DNA from: Acutalibacteraceae bacterium
GTDB taxonomy: Bacteria; Bacillota; Clostridia; Oscillospirales; Acutalibacteraceae
Assembly: GCA_045121005.1 (NCBI GenBank)
Contig: JBGVFJ010000065.1
Span: forward strand, 29,776 to 93,775
Direction of reading: 5' to 3'
DNA length: 64,000 nt
Both the position numbers and the translations under genes were made by a program. Below are positions 54,101 through 61,846 of the stretch, piece after piece. Under the pieces are notes generated by a model. The model ran no database searches. It worked only from the letters and a program-made list of their open reading frames with translations, and had not been told where the DNA came from. Position 1 is the stretch's first letter. Each line of letters starts with the position of its first letter.

Positions 54101-57100
54101 CTTTCCAGTTGGCTTTATACTCTCTGTTACCTGTTGAACCCTTGGGGATTGTTACGTCCTTGGTGTAGGATGTATTGCTGAGATCTGTACCCAACCAACC
54201 AACAAATTCATAACCTGTTTTGGTAGGATTATTGAGTTTAATCGGATCAGATTCAACAGTATATGATGTGGGGTTATAGCTTGTTTCTTTACCACCGTCA
54301 AGATTATAGCTAATGGTGTAAGTTATAGGTGTCCACCTTGCCCAAAGCTCGTGGTCATCCGGAATCTTAACGATTGTTTCAGCTGTTACAAGAGCATTTT
54401 CGGGGAAATCGGGCCCCGGATTTGCATACCACTCATAAGTATAACCTGTGCGATGTGCTGCCGGAATAGTTCCGTAAGGCATATCGTAATAAACAGCAAC
54501 GGATGACTGGTCTACTGTTGCATCAGCGGCATTGGGGGTAAGCTTAACATTGTAAGCTATATTTGACCACTGAGCCTCAAGAGTGCCGTTTGCCGCAAAG
54601 TCCCATGTGAACTGACCGCCGGAGGTGTAGGTTTCACCGCCGTTGACCTTCCAACCGATGAAGTTGTAGCCTTCTCTTTCGGGAACTAAGGTTGTGATTG
54701 TGTATGTATTATCATACTCAGCAGTAAGCTCTTCGTTTGCGGGTTTCTTGCCGTCCGCAAACTCACCGCCGTTTAAATCGTAAGTTACAGAGTATGTGCG
54801 GGGTTCCCACTTGGCGATGAACTGACCGTTTTCAAGGTAATTATACTCAATAGTCTCACCTGATGAACGAACCGTATATGTTGGATCAAGATCCAAATAC
54901 CAACCGGCAAAAGTGTAACCGGCTCTTTGGGGTGAGTTTGTTGTGATTGTGTAATCCTGACGATAACGAGCAAAACCGCCGGAACCACCGGTAGGTTCAA
55001 AACCTAACACTCCTGTATTATATGTTACTTTATATGAAACAGGATTGTAATAAAAGATCCACTCGTAATTGTCTTCAGCAGCAGTTATCGATTCATAAAC
55101 TGCATCACCTGTCTTCTTTACTACACCATCAACTTTGCGCTCATATTTTCCGGCGTAACTGTAACCATCGATTTTAATTGAGTTTGCAACAAGAGTATTG
55201 CTGAAAGTGTAAGAATATGGCTCCTCTGACTGAATCTCACCTGATTGATTATCTTCAAGCCAATAGTGTTTAACCACAGCAGTACCGTTTTTAAGCTGTG
55301 CATTGTTTACAGTACTATTGAGATTATTATTTGCTTCTGTAATATCTTCCGGAGTTGCAGCAGGATTACCGAGAACCTTAAAAGCTGCGATAATTGCCTG
55401 TCTGTATGTATTATACTCTTCTTCAGAACTGAACCAGTCAGACTGATAAGAATTAGAAATGACTTTGTTCAAGCTCTCACGAAGAGGTCCTTTGTTAGTT
55501 CTGATAACAGTAATGTAAATAGTAACCTTTGAAGTTGCAGCTGAATCATATTTAGACAGCGAAATATCGGTGATTTCTTTAGTACCAACCGCTTCACCGT
55601 GAACAATATATTTTGTCTCATCTTCATCCGACATAGCATAATTAAGAGCAGTGGCTGAAGAGCTATTATCTGAAAAATAAACACGCTTACCAGTATTTTT
55701 ATTCAAAGCCGTTCCGCTCATTGATGCAAGAACATTGCTTGTATCACCAAAATATACCAGATATCTCGCAGCTTTTTCACCGCTACTTACACGATCCGCT
55801 TCACTAGCGTTATTGATATCGTAACCAATTTGAAGCATTGGAACCTGATTGAAATTGGTTATACGGCTCTTGTCAGCGTAGATGTATCCGTTATCACCTG
55901 ACTCAGCTGATGCTGTCCCTGAACTACCGCTCGTTTTATTAGGTGTTCCCCATGTAAAGCCACTACCCGAAACATAAGGGTCATTATCTCCTCCGTTAAG
56001 ACTATTGTAATACGGTGCATATTTATAACCTTTAGTCTGAGAAGAGTCAATTTTATGAAGACCATAAGCAAAAACAGTAGAGGTGCTATAGAATGCACTG
56101 TTATATGGACCTTTAATTTCCATTCTTGCACCAGCTGAAAGAGTTGAAGAAGCTCCTGTGGGGGTAGGATAAACATAAGAATATGCATAACTGTAGCAAG
56201 TCTCACCATCATAGGTATATTTTGCCTGCCACCTGATAAGTACAAAGCTGTTTCCTGAGATTGATTCATCAAGAGAGCCTGCCTTGATATGAGTCGCAAG
56301 TCGACTACCTGTAGCTTTATTTGTTTCAAGAGTGTAGCTACCAATGTTTGAACCACCCTCCTGGAAACTTGCAGACACTTCAATATTAGATGCACCTTCA
56401 CGGTGGAAATAAATATTACCTGTGGTTTTGCTTGCATCCGTACTCAATGCACCATCATCTTTGTTTTCTCTGTCAACATAATATAAAAATGTCTTGTTAT
56501 CGGAAGGATTAAGATAGATTGTTTCCGGTACATAGAAAAATGTGAAATTAACATTTTTATCTTTTGAAAGGGTAACTTCTATAACTTTTTTTGTTTTTGA
56601 GTCAACTTCAGCCTGAGTTACCGTGAACTTTTCTTCTTTGGTTATATAACCTGCACGTGACGCAACATACTTATATTCACCTGCAGAGAGAACATAAATA
56701 TTCTCCGTATACTTATCTTCTATAAGTTCACCGCTAACATCATTATAAACAGCAAGAGTTGTGTCCTTTGAAGGAAGAACAAACTGAACATATGACTGCT
56801 TGTTTTCGCTCTTTGAAAGGAGGATGGGCTGAAGGTATGTGATACCGCCCTTGCCTGTCATATAGATACGGATATAGCTGTTAATCTGTGTTTCATAAGC
56901 GTTAAGGTCGAAGGTTATTACTGTTTCATCAGCCTTCTCGGAAAGAGTCTTGGTTGCGATGATGTTACCGTCAGCAACAAGACGAACCTTAGATGAGTTT
57001 GTAACCTTAAGAGTAACCTGATCTGTTTTTTCGTCTATATTAAAGTATCTGAGTGCAGGGTATGCGCCTGATGCAACGAAACCGTCACCAAGCTCGTAGG

Positions 57101-58331
57101 AGTTTTTGGAGTTTACCGAGCAAGCATAGAACTCGCCGTTGGTCATACTTCTTGTGATATCACCTGTGTAACCAACCCAAGGGTCGAGACCATTTCTCTG
57201 GTCATAGTGCGCATCATAGTATGTTTTATCTTCCTCTGACCAGGCTGTGCCGTCATTTACAAGGAAGTACTGAGCGTTTTTGTTAACGTCAGACTCTTCA
57301 TGGGAGTCGTCTTCGCAGAAGCCGTACATATTGATGCCCTGAGGAGCAAGAACCATAAGACTCTTGTCATAAACATAGAAACGGTCGTTACGGGTACGGT
57401 TATCGGAGGTGTTAACAAGCTCGATACCGATAACACCTTTTTTAACTTTCTGTCCTGTAACATTGGTAGTGTTCCAATTTTCATTTTCAGGTGTGTATAC
57501 ACCCCTATAAGTACTCTCAGGAGCACCCTCTCTGTTAGGGCAATAGTCTATGAAAATCTGTGTAAAACGCTGAATCCAGTCGTCATTATAAACACCGGGG
57601 TCACCGTTACCGTCGGTCCATTCACCAACGTGGTTGATACGTGAGTAAGCACCGCTATTATAAGACTCTGCAACAGTAGTATCCGGCCATGAGGGCGAAC
57701 GATTTGCACCGTGACCAAATGATACATTATAGGTATTGACATGGCACTTGTTACTTGAAGCTTCGTTAACCTCGTTACCAAGTGGCAGGTTGAACATACC
57801 TTTGCCGGCTGTTACAAGGTCTGCAGGTCTGCCGTGGCTTTCTTCACCCTTGATAATAAGATAATAATCTGATTCAGTGATTTCATCGATATTACCGTGA
57901 ACGAAAGACTGGTATGCATAAAGGGCGCACCTGTCCTGATTCTCTGTCCAACCGCAGGACCAACCGTTTTCATAACGGGCGCCTGTGTTTTTGCCGCTTT
58001 TTTCATCGTTGATTTTAACGCCGTTAACGGTACCGTGGTCGGTAAGGCAGAGAACCTCGTAGCCTTTCATATAATGATCCCAGATAGTGTCATTAAGCTC
58101 AATATCTGCGTCGCTTCGTACGGTATGGGCATGAGTAGATGCCTTAAACGCATGAAGATTGGGATTCTTTTCGTACCAAACGATGTTCTCATAAGGGTTA
58201 TCTACAACTGTGAAGTCGTACTCACCCAACACGTCGGATGGTTCTGCATACGCAGTGAGACCAACTGCTCCGACGCTGCCGAGCATAACAACCGCTACGA
58301 GCATCGAGAGGATTTTTACGAATGTTTTCAT
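48114..58331 (-). CDS. Giant (3405 aa) secreted protein: signal peptide, PHP-like metal-dependent phosphoesterase domain, uncharacterised beta-rich region, about 25 Listeria-Bacteroides (Flg_new) repeats, unassigned C-terminal domains
   Basis: RBS AGGAGGAATGATTTTTA. Signal peptide MKTFVKILSMLVAVVMLGSVGAVGLTAYAE. PHP-like motifs STHAHTVRSDA, LCLTDHG and EDDSHE. Recurrent Y.I.Y.LNGG...NP..YT.E...F.L.NP.R.GY.F.GW.G....V.I.KGS.GN..Y.A.W units. No LPXTG, SLH, dockerin or choline-binding anchor seen. Confidence 0.85.
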   Translation of the reverse strand: MKTFVKILSMLVAVVMLGSVGAVGLTAYAEPSDVLGEYDFTVVDNPYENIVWYEKNPNLHAFKASTHAHTVRSDADIELNDTIWDHYMKGYEVLCLTDHGTVNGVKINDEKSGKNTGARYENGWSCGWTENQDRCALYAYQSFVHGNIDEITESDYYLIIKGEESHGRPADLVTAGKGMFNLPLGNEVNEASSNKCHVNTYNVSFGHGANRSPSWPDTTVAESYNSGAYSRINHVGEWTDGNGDPGVYNDDWIQRFTQIFIDYCPNREGAPESTYRGVYTPENENWNTTNVTGQKVKKGVIGIELVNTSDNRTRNDRFYVYDKSLMVLAPQGINMYGFCEDDSHEESDVNKNAQYFLVNDGTAWSEEDKTYYDAHYDQRNGLDPWVGYTGDITRSMTNGEFYACSVNSKNSYELGDGFVASGAYPALRYFNIDEKTDQVTLKVTNSSKVRLVADGNIIATKTLSEKADETVITFDLNAYETQINSYIRIYMTGKGGITYLQPILLSKSENKQSYVQFVLPSKDTTLAVYNDVSGELIEDKYTENIYVLSAGEYKYVASRAGYITKEEKFTVTQAEVDSKTKKVIEVTLSKDKNVNFTFFYVPETIYLNPSDNKTFLYYVDRENKDDGALSTDASKTTGNIYFHREGASNIEVSASFQEGGSNIGSYTLETNKATGSRLATHIKAGSLDESISGNSFVLIRWQAKYTYDGETCYSYAYSYVYPTPTGASSTLSAGARMEIKGPYNSAFYSTSTVFAYGLHKIDSSQTKGYKYAPYYNSLNGGDNDPYVSGSGFTWGTPNKTSGSSGTASAESGDNGYIYADKSRITNFNQVPMLQIGYDINNASEADRVSSGEKAARYLVYFGDTSNVLASMSGTALNKNTGKRVYFSDNSSSATALNYAMSDEDETKYIVHGEAVGTKEITDISLSKYDSAATSKVTIYITVIRTNKGPLRESLNKVISNSYQSDWFSSEEEYNTYRQAIIAAFKVLGNPAATPEDITEANNNLNSTVNNAQLKNGTAVVKHYWLEDNQSGEIQSEEPYSYTFSNTLVANSIKIDGYSYAGKYERKVDGVVKKTGDAVYESITAAEDNYEWIFYYNPVSYKVTYNTGVLGFEPTGGSGGFARYRQDYTITTNSPQRAGYTFAGWYLDLDPTYTVRSSGETIEYNYLENGQFIAKWEPRTYSVTYDLNGGEFADGKKPANEELTAEYDNTYTITTLVPEREGYNFIGWKVNGGETYTSGGQFTWDFAANGTLEAQWSNIAYNVKLTPNAADATVDQSSVAVYYDMPYGTIPAAHRTGYTYEWYANPGPDFPENALVTAETIVKIPDDHELWARWTPITYTISYNLDGGKETSYNPTSYTVESDPIKLNNPTKTGYEFVGWLGTDLSNTSYTKDVTIPKGSTGNREYKANWKAVVYEISYDLNYAEGTASEPTIANNPTSYTINDDVTILPPTRAGYEFAGWSGSGYTNVNTITISAGTRAENLSLTANWHIVNYSITYNTNGGDFETNASHPSTYTIEEGFTVSDPVKDGYDFQGWQSYSFDGIEKNLSRPAGTYGNFELVAVWSGIEGEIIYNLNGGKVVGKNPDKYQTGDSFTLTNPTRAGYTFLGWNKLIVNENKTETGTDIGINPTDTGTIIFTAMWSATDYTVSYNLDGGKYESSKSANPVTYSAETETFTLINPVKEGYIFAGWTGTGISGTSKNVTIQKGSTGHRGYEATWNYATYTITYDYAGGASDASHILSYTMNTDTHTINPPVRAGYSFAGWTQTIQNFTWKPGELDAQGDYKICTEHYLSSPILVRTGHTYTINSNGYSQYIDAYFFDSDRKFVTKVDVDTAETLKLPSSVNGLTKDRYFVYFVVSEVFTEAAFRESISISVVNDNDPLASTGKQQTVIIPKGSTGNMKLVASWNVETYNLTYDLDGGYYKKYDDNGNLIPGYNPNPTTFNVDSGEILIQNPVKDGYTFLAWECDGVRYPSIIIKQGSSGSRDYKALWAETMYSIKYNLGGGVVSENNRENYYYSTETFTLNNPTREGYTFGGWSGTGISGASFEVVIPKGSSGNREYTATWTPNTYNISYTMNGGVNAPTNPNTYTYETETFTLAQPTKAGAAFAGWTGTDLESATATVTIHKGSSGNRAYEATWVVSNYNISYNLTGGINSADNPNVYTVDTPSFTLEHPSRTGYTFEGWTGTDLNDVTKYVTISKGSTGNRIYTAVWTPVSYTISYTLHSGAQVAVANPTTYTIETSTFTLNNPVRSGYVFQGWTGTNVATPTQTVTVYKGSIGTRSYKANWTLEEYHITYVLNGGEADGNPTKYTVNSPTFTLRAPTRTGYEFVAWSGTGITGSGFATEVTIPTGSSGNRTYTANWKVVEYSISYDLDGGSETIKNPVKYTFNTANITLHNPEKEGYIFLGWVDLLSEDTTPVQTMVIPSNSTGDKSYKAVWQKGVYNLTFNLEGGEWTDFVPPLTYEYKDEIIVPNPVRAGFTFVGWVGTGISGTATDIVIPSGSSGDRTYTAHWSESENIITYHGLTESELIASNNPTSYKTNSGYLSLNAPTRSGYRFVGWTGSNGTDPEVVVEINTSDGGALEFTANWKITSYRISYTLNGGTATNKTSYTVEDQFTLNNPVRTGYTFEGWTGTALDGVQPSVTVLKGSTGVRSYTAVWKETVYKISYDYGDGSVDVGNPGEYSYTTPTFALNNPTLPGYTFTGWSGTGIDGTAMTVVVEKGSTGNRSYTANYSINSYSIKYLGVDGAFFTDAPTTYTATEEVVIPNPSKIGYIFKGWSGTGIKGVATDVVIEKGSVGNRVYTAEWEAIEYSLNYDLNSGRVSGVNPSVYTVESADISILNPGRPGYTFGGWTKTLNNFIWMNGTIDSTGAYVSGSGYWSMPVSLASGETYIIPDGVALAVYKADDTFLGLETGTYTATENCFCSVVVTGEKSETELAAITIVANDVMSVEIPHGSMGNIDLAAKWNTQEFTITYNLNGGTVAGTNRETYTAETETFKLQNPTKTGYIFYGWTGTELSGVTKDVVIATGSTGNRVYTANWRVERYYLTLVLGEDASFGSATVPAYFTIDTPTFSLPIPVRQGYTFTGWLDDNNELWKTVTISKGTTGDKHYTAQWEKNTAETHKFYYYGFNNQLLGVVEAQIGSKPSIVKPQVVIGYQFKGWSVNLDDTSVLSSTEDVHVYSTYDVGPDNYNITVWVNGSSKTTSYSQYSTVKVTAAATSDSQAFSYWAVADEKGNPTDTIVSYYQSFSFKAHANTSLVAVYGATESVDKVTTRITKAEYNEEHRWISFYAERSVDSAYTVIQHGILFTDDETIIEDAESFVLGTTGVYASTASSTSRSGVYTLSIGGLESDAKTPYKGCDRLYARSYIIYRDASGNNKTVYSDVSSFTDGINSLVNSAKTLKSI
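48840..55030 (-). repeat. Coding array of about 25 diverged ~70-75-aa Listeria-Bacteroides repeat domains (~210-225-nt period)
   Basis: I counted 25 GY.F.GW-type cores, from AGYTFAGWYLD (about 54890-54925) to IGYQFKGWSVN (about 48843-48870). DNA-level identity between units is low. Confidence 0.8.
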
Positions 58332-58380
58332 TAAAAATCATTCCTCCTATACCTATAAAACTCCAATTATAGTTGTAATA

Positions 58381-58409
58381 ATTATATACCCTTATATGCA
58401 AAAAAGCAA
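58381..58409 (-). promoter_or_regulatory. Candidate sigma-A promoter of the giant gene
   Basis: On the minus strand: TTGCTT (58404-58409), a 17-nt spacer, then TATAAT (58381-58386). A minus-strand terminator hairpin from the upstream ydjC-like gene lies at about 58449-58474. Confidence 0.4.
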
Positions 58410-58495
58410 GAGAAAAAGTGCATTTTTTTAACGAAATTTAAACAAAAAATCCCCACTTTTAAAGTGAGGATTTTGGTTGATATTCTGATGTGAAA

Positions 58496-59380
58496 TTACT
58501 TTCTCATTTTAGCAAGGTCACGGTAATTTATGAGCTTGATTCCGAGAGAATCAATGTGCTGTTTTGTCTTGGGATCGGAGAAAAGCTTGTATTCCCAAAC
58601 TCTTCTTTCCCAAGCGCCTGCGATACCCTTGAGCTCTTCTGTTTCATAAGCAGGGTGAATGTAGGTTTCGGTTACGCCGGGCTCAAATGTGCGGTAAAGC
58701 TCATAGATATATTCGCGATAGTTTTCGTAGCTTTCACGCTGGGGGCCTGCCCAGTCACCGGGAAGAAGGAAATCGGGCATTGCAACGCCGAGAGCCTGTC
58801 CCATCTGAGCAAAGCCGCCGATGAACTGCTGAACCATTTCTTTGTCGATATGGATGGCAAGCATATCATTATTGAACTGAGCATCTGTGAACTGCATGGG
58901 GAAACGGAAAGGAAGACCGTATTTAGCGGCAGTTTCGATAGCAAGCTTTGCCATCTCTACCCTGCCGGTTTCAATGCCGTAAAGTGAGCCCATGTGGTTA
59001 TCAAGATGAGAGGGATTGAGTCCGAGGTTTTTGAGATGCTCAACCTGAGCGGTGATTTCTGCTGCAGTTTCTTCAAGATCGGCTGCCTTTTCAAATTCAT
59101 CGCTTTCGTGGTGCATAAAGCCCTCACTGTCAAGAAGGCTCTTGCCGCCTGTGAGAGGACGCCAGCGGTACTGACCCCATTCACTTGTGGTGGTGAGGTG
59201 AACGCCTACTGCGAACTCCGGATTTGCTTTTGCAAAATTAACAGCTTCATACGCCCAGGCACAGGGAGCCATAATTGTGGCAGAGGTGATGCCGCCTGAT
59301 TTGAACAAATCGGCAACGGCAAGGTTGGCAGAGTGGCACATACCAAAGTCATCTGCATTTATGATTAAATACTTATCCAT
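58496..59380 (-). CDS. YdjC/ChbG-family carbohydrate deacetylase
   Basis: ATG at 59380 after AAGGAG. MDKYLIINADDFGMCHSANLAV...SATIMAPC...GVHLT. Confidence 0.8.
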   Translation of the reverse strand: MDKYLIINADDFGMCHSANLAVADLFKSGGITSATIMAPCAWAYEAVNFAKANPEFAVGVHLTTTSEWGQYRWRPLTGGKSLLDSEGFMHHESDEFEKAADLEETAAEITAQVEHLKNLGLNPSHLDNHMGSLYGIETGRVEMAKLAIETAAKYGLPFRFPMQFTDAQFNNDMLAIHIDKEMVQQFIGGFAQMGQALGVAMPDFLLPGDWAGPQRESYENYREYIYELYRTFEPGVTETYIHPAYETEELKGIAGAWERRVWEYKLFSDPKTKQHIDSLGIKLINYRDLAKMRK

Positions 59381-59442
59381 AGAAAACACTCCTTTTTAAA
59401 TGTACTTTAATTATATTGTAAATGTTGGTTGCGGTCAATATT

Positions 59443-60228
59443 TTATATTTTAGAAAATTCAGAGAAAAAACTGTTCACTTTGCCAAAATATTCCTCAACC
59501 ATTTCGTCTGTGCAACCGTGAAGCTGATGTTCAAGCTCGTTGAAGGTAACAAGCTCACAGGGTACATTGCTTGCCTTAAGAGCGGAATACATATCCTGTG
59601 CGATTGTGTAGCCCACCATATAATCCATTGTTCCGTGAAGCAGAAGCGTAGGCGGTGTGCCGGGCGTGATGTGATATCTTGGTGAAAGCTCTTTCATTTC
59701 ATCAACGTTTTCTGCCCAGTTGTTGCGGGTGATTCTGTGGCCGAGAATGTTGGAAAGGCCTCGCAGAATGAAACCCTGAGCCGGACCTGCCAACGGAGTT
59801 GAAAGGTCTGACGGTGCAGATTCCCCTATTACAAATGTTACGGGAAGCGCACAAGACGAAAGCTTTTCGTAAGCATAGCTCATTGCAATGTGGGCGCCTG
59901 CGGAAAAACCGCGGAGAATGCATCGGTTGAAATCACATCCGAACTGCTTTGCATAGTCAACAATAAAATTAGTTGCAAGCTCCACATCCTCCGTCATTTC
60001 GGGAAGAAGTGCGGGAGTCATACGGTAATTCATATTAACTGTGGGCACATTCAGGCGCTTTGCAAATTCCTCGGTTTCGCGGGAATATTCGGATTTATCA
60101 CCCATTGACCAGCTTCCGCCGTGTAGTGAAATGAGAACAATGTCGTAGTTTTCATCACTTTCGGGCAGATAGAAGTCGAGAATTTGTGCTTCATCATCAC
60201 CGTAGCTTATGTTTTCAATCAGTTTCAT
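59443..60228 (-). CDS. Alpha/beta hydrolase (esterase/lipase-type)
   Basis: HGGSW oxyanion motif, GFSAGAH nucleophile elbow, and ...LLLHGTMDYMV. Confidence 0.8.
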   Translation of the reverse strand: MKLIENISYGDDEAQILDFYLPESDENYDIVLISLHGGSWSMGDKSEYSRETEEFAKRLNVPTVNMNYRMTPALLPEMTEDVELATNFIVDYAKQFGCDFNRCILRGFSAGAHIAMSYAYEKLSSCALPVTFVIGESAPSDLSTPLAGPAQGFILRGLSNILGHRITRNNWAENVDEMKELSPRYHITPGTPPTLLLHGTMDYMVGYTIAQDMYSALKASNVPCELVTFNELEHQLHGCTDEMVEEYFGKVNSFFSEFSKI

Positions 60229-61160
60229 TTTTTCAGTTCCTTAAATATAATTTTTATGTTATCAGCCGAATACTCAACCTCTTTTGAAAAAAGATGAGCA
60301 ATGTCGGCAATTGTTGCTTCATCGGAATAAGCGTTGATTACAACACAAGCAAGCACACAAAGACGCACCTTTGAAAGAATATCAGAATCAAAAACTCCTC
60401 TGAGAAAATAGCGGTAAATATAATACCACGCAATATTCTGCAATTGGTACACATTGTGTGAAAATTCTTTTTCTTCGGGGATTGCGGAAATCAATTCTTT
60501 CCAGCGTTGAGTGAGAATATCAAGCTTTCTGAGTTTGTTGACACATTCTTCCGTTGTGGGTAAAGCAGGATTGTTCTCCCCTGCCAATTCAAGAATTTTC
60601 AGAAGGCGGTTTTCAAAAGCCGTTGAATCATCGTCGATAACTGCAAAAATCTTTTTGCGCAAGGACACAAGCTCAAAATACCGCTCGGGATCAATGTCAT
60701 TGGGCAACGGCAGTTCACTGTTGAATTCAAAAAGTAGCTCCCTTTCCTGCGTATCGTTCACAATCAGCCTTGCGGCTTCGGGGCAAGCAAGACCGAGACC
60801 TGTTTCACAGGTACCGCCGTAATCCTCCACAAAGCGAGGAAACATTGTGCAGGTGTGGCACAGAGCCTTTTCACCCAAGGCAGAATAAATATCACAAAGA
60901 TTATAATTGTTGAGAAATGGGCATCTGCCGTTATTTAGCGAAAAGATGATATCACCGTCAGAATCGATTTTCATTTCTCGTCGGAGTCGGTCACCGATTT
61001 CATCCTGAACGGTTTTGTAATAATCGGCTGAATCGGAGTCAACAACAATCTCCCATCCTGCACAGCAGGTATCTTCGCACTGTGAAGCAATACATTTGAA
61101 TTCTTTATAATATTTCGGATAAACGAGTTTCATTTCTTTCACCGAGAGAAAATTATACAC
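60225..61160 (-). CDS. FliB-like (flagellin lysine-N-methylase family, CxxCxxCC-type) protein; start uncertain (GTG 61160 or ATG 61133)
   Basis: FKCIASQCEDTCCAGWEI...GRCPFLNNYNLCDIYSALGEKALCHTCTMFPRF matches the Cys pattern of FliB/YkgJ-type proteins. Confidence 0.6.
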   Translation of the reverse strand: MYNFLSVKEMKLVYPKYYKEFKCIASQCEDTCCAGWEIVVDSDSADYYKTVQDEIGDRLRREMKIDSDGDIIFSLNNGRCPFLNNYNLCDIYSALGEKALCHTCTMFPRFVEDYGGTCETGLGLACPEAARLIVNDTQERELLFEFNSELPLPNDIDPERYFELVSLRKKIFAVIDDDSTAFENRLLKILELAGENNPALPTTEECVNKLRKLDILTQRWKELISAIPEEKEFSHNVYQLQNIAWYYIYRYFLRGVFDSDILSKVRLCVLACVVINAYSDEATIADIAHLFSKEVEYSADNIKIIFKELKK

Positions 61161-61181
61161 TCTTACAATAATAAAGTCAAA

Positions 61182-61802
61182 TTATGACTTAACTTTGCTT
61201 TTTAAATATTCCTTTGTCTTTTTGTTTGAAGCAAGGTGCTTTTTATACATAGCAAATATAAGAACTTGTACCAATAACATAGCACTTGCTATAATCCATA
61301 TACCTTTCACCGCTGATATAACAGCAAGCAAAATTAAAACAAACTCAGGCAGAAAAAGCGGTGTAATCAGATTAAAATAATACTCCTTGATTTTTGCATT
61401 AAGCTCTGTTTCTGATAATTCAAGTTCCCCGTCGATTGTTTTTCCGTTTAAAATCATTGAACAGGACACAAAATCAAGATAGGGGTTTCCAATAATTATT
61501 GTATTATCTGCAGTCATGTCAGAAAGCTTGAATTTTGTTGGGAGTTTAACACTCTTTCGCATTGACAACGCTTCGTCCGACAGGTCAAATAAACCAAGGA
61601 CAGCACCGACAACAAAATTGACAATAACATTCCAAAAGCTTTGTTTGATTTCAAAAATCTTTATTGAGTCTGTATCATCTGAAACATTAACTTTCACTTC
61701 TTGCTTCGGAGTCAGATTTGTCGCTTGTCCGTTTATTTCTACAGTCAAATTTGATTTGCTTTGATTGATAATTGAAAGTTCCGTATTTATCCCCCATTTC
61801 AC
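61182..61802 (-). CDS. Hypothetical membrane protein
   Basis: 206 aa. GTG start without a clear RBS. TM segments near VIVNFVVGAVLGLF and FVLILLAVISAVKGIWIIASAMLLVQVLIFAM. Confidence 0.35.
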   Translation of the reverse strand: MKWGINTELSIINQSKSNLTVEINGQATNLTPKQEVKVNVSDDTDSIKIFEIKQSFWNVIVNFVVGAVLGLFDLSDEALSMRKSVKLPTKFKLSDMTADNTIIIGNPYLDFVSCSMILNGKTIDGELELSETELNAKIKEYYFNLITPLFLPEFVLILLAVISAVKGIWIIASAMLLVQVLIFAMYKKHLASNKKTKEYLKSKVKS

Positions 61803-61846
61803 AATAAAGCGGTGCCGTTTCCGACACCGCTTTGATTATATATGTA

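Noticed and set aside
48840-55030. ~220-nt periodicity that could be mistaken for a CRISPR array or tandem DNA satellite
   Set aside because: The periodicity exists at the protein level only (GY.F.GW repeats). The DNA units are diverged, there are no short identical direct repeats with unique spacers, and the whole region is one ORF.
48125-58334. Many 60-190-aa ORFs inside the giant gene, on both strands (for example 55859-56437, 57897-58334, 49094-49543)
   Set aside because: All are nested in or antisense to one uninterrupted 10.2-kb reading frame with clear domain periodicity. Their translations are compositionally odd (Gln/Leu/Thr-rich) and they lack RBS sequences.
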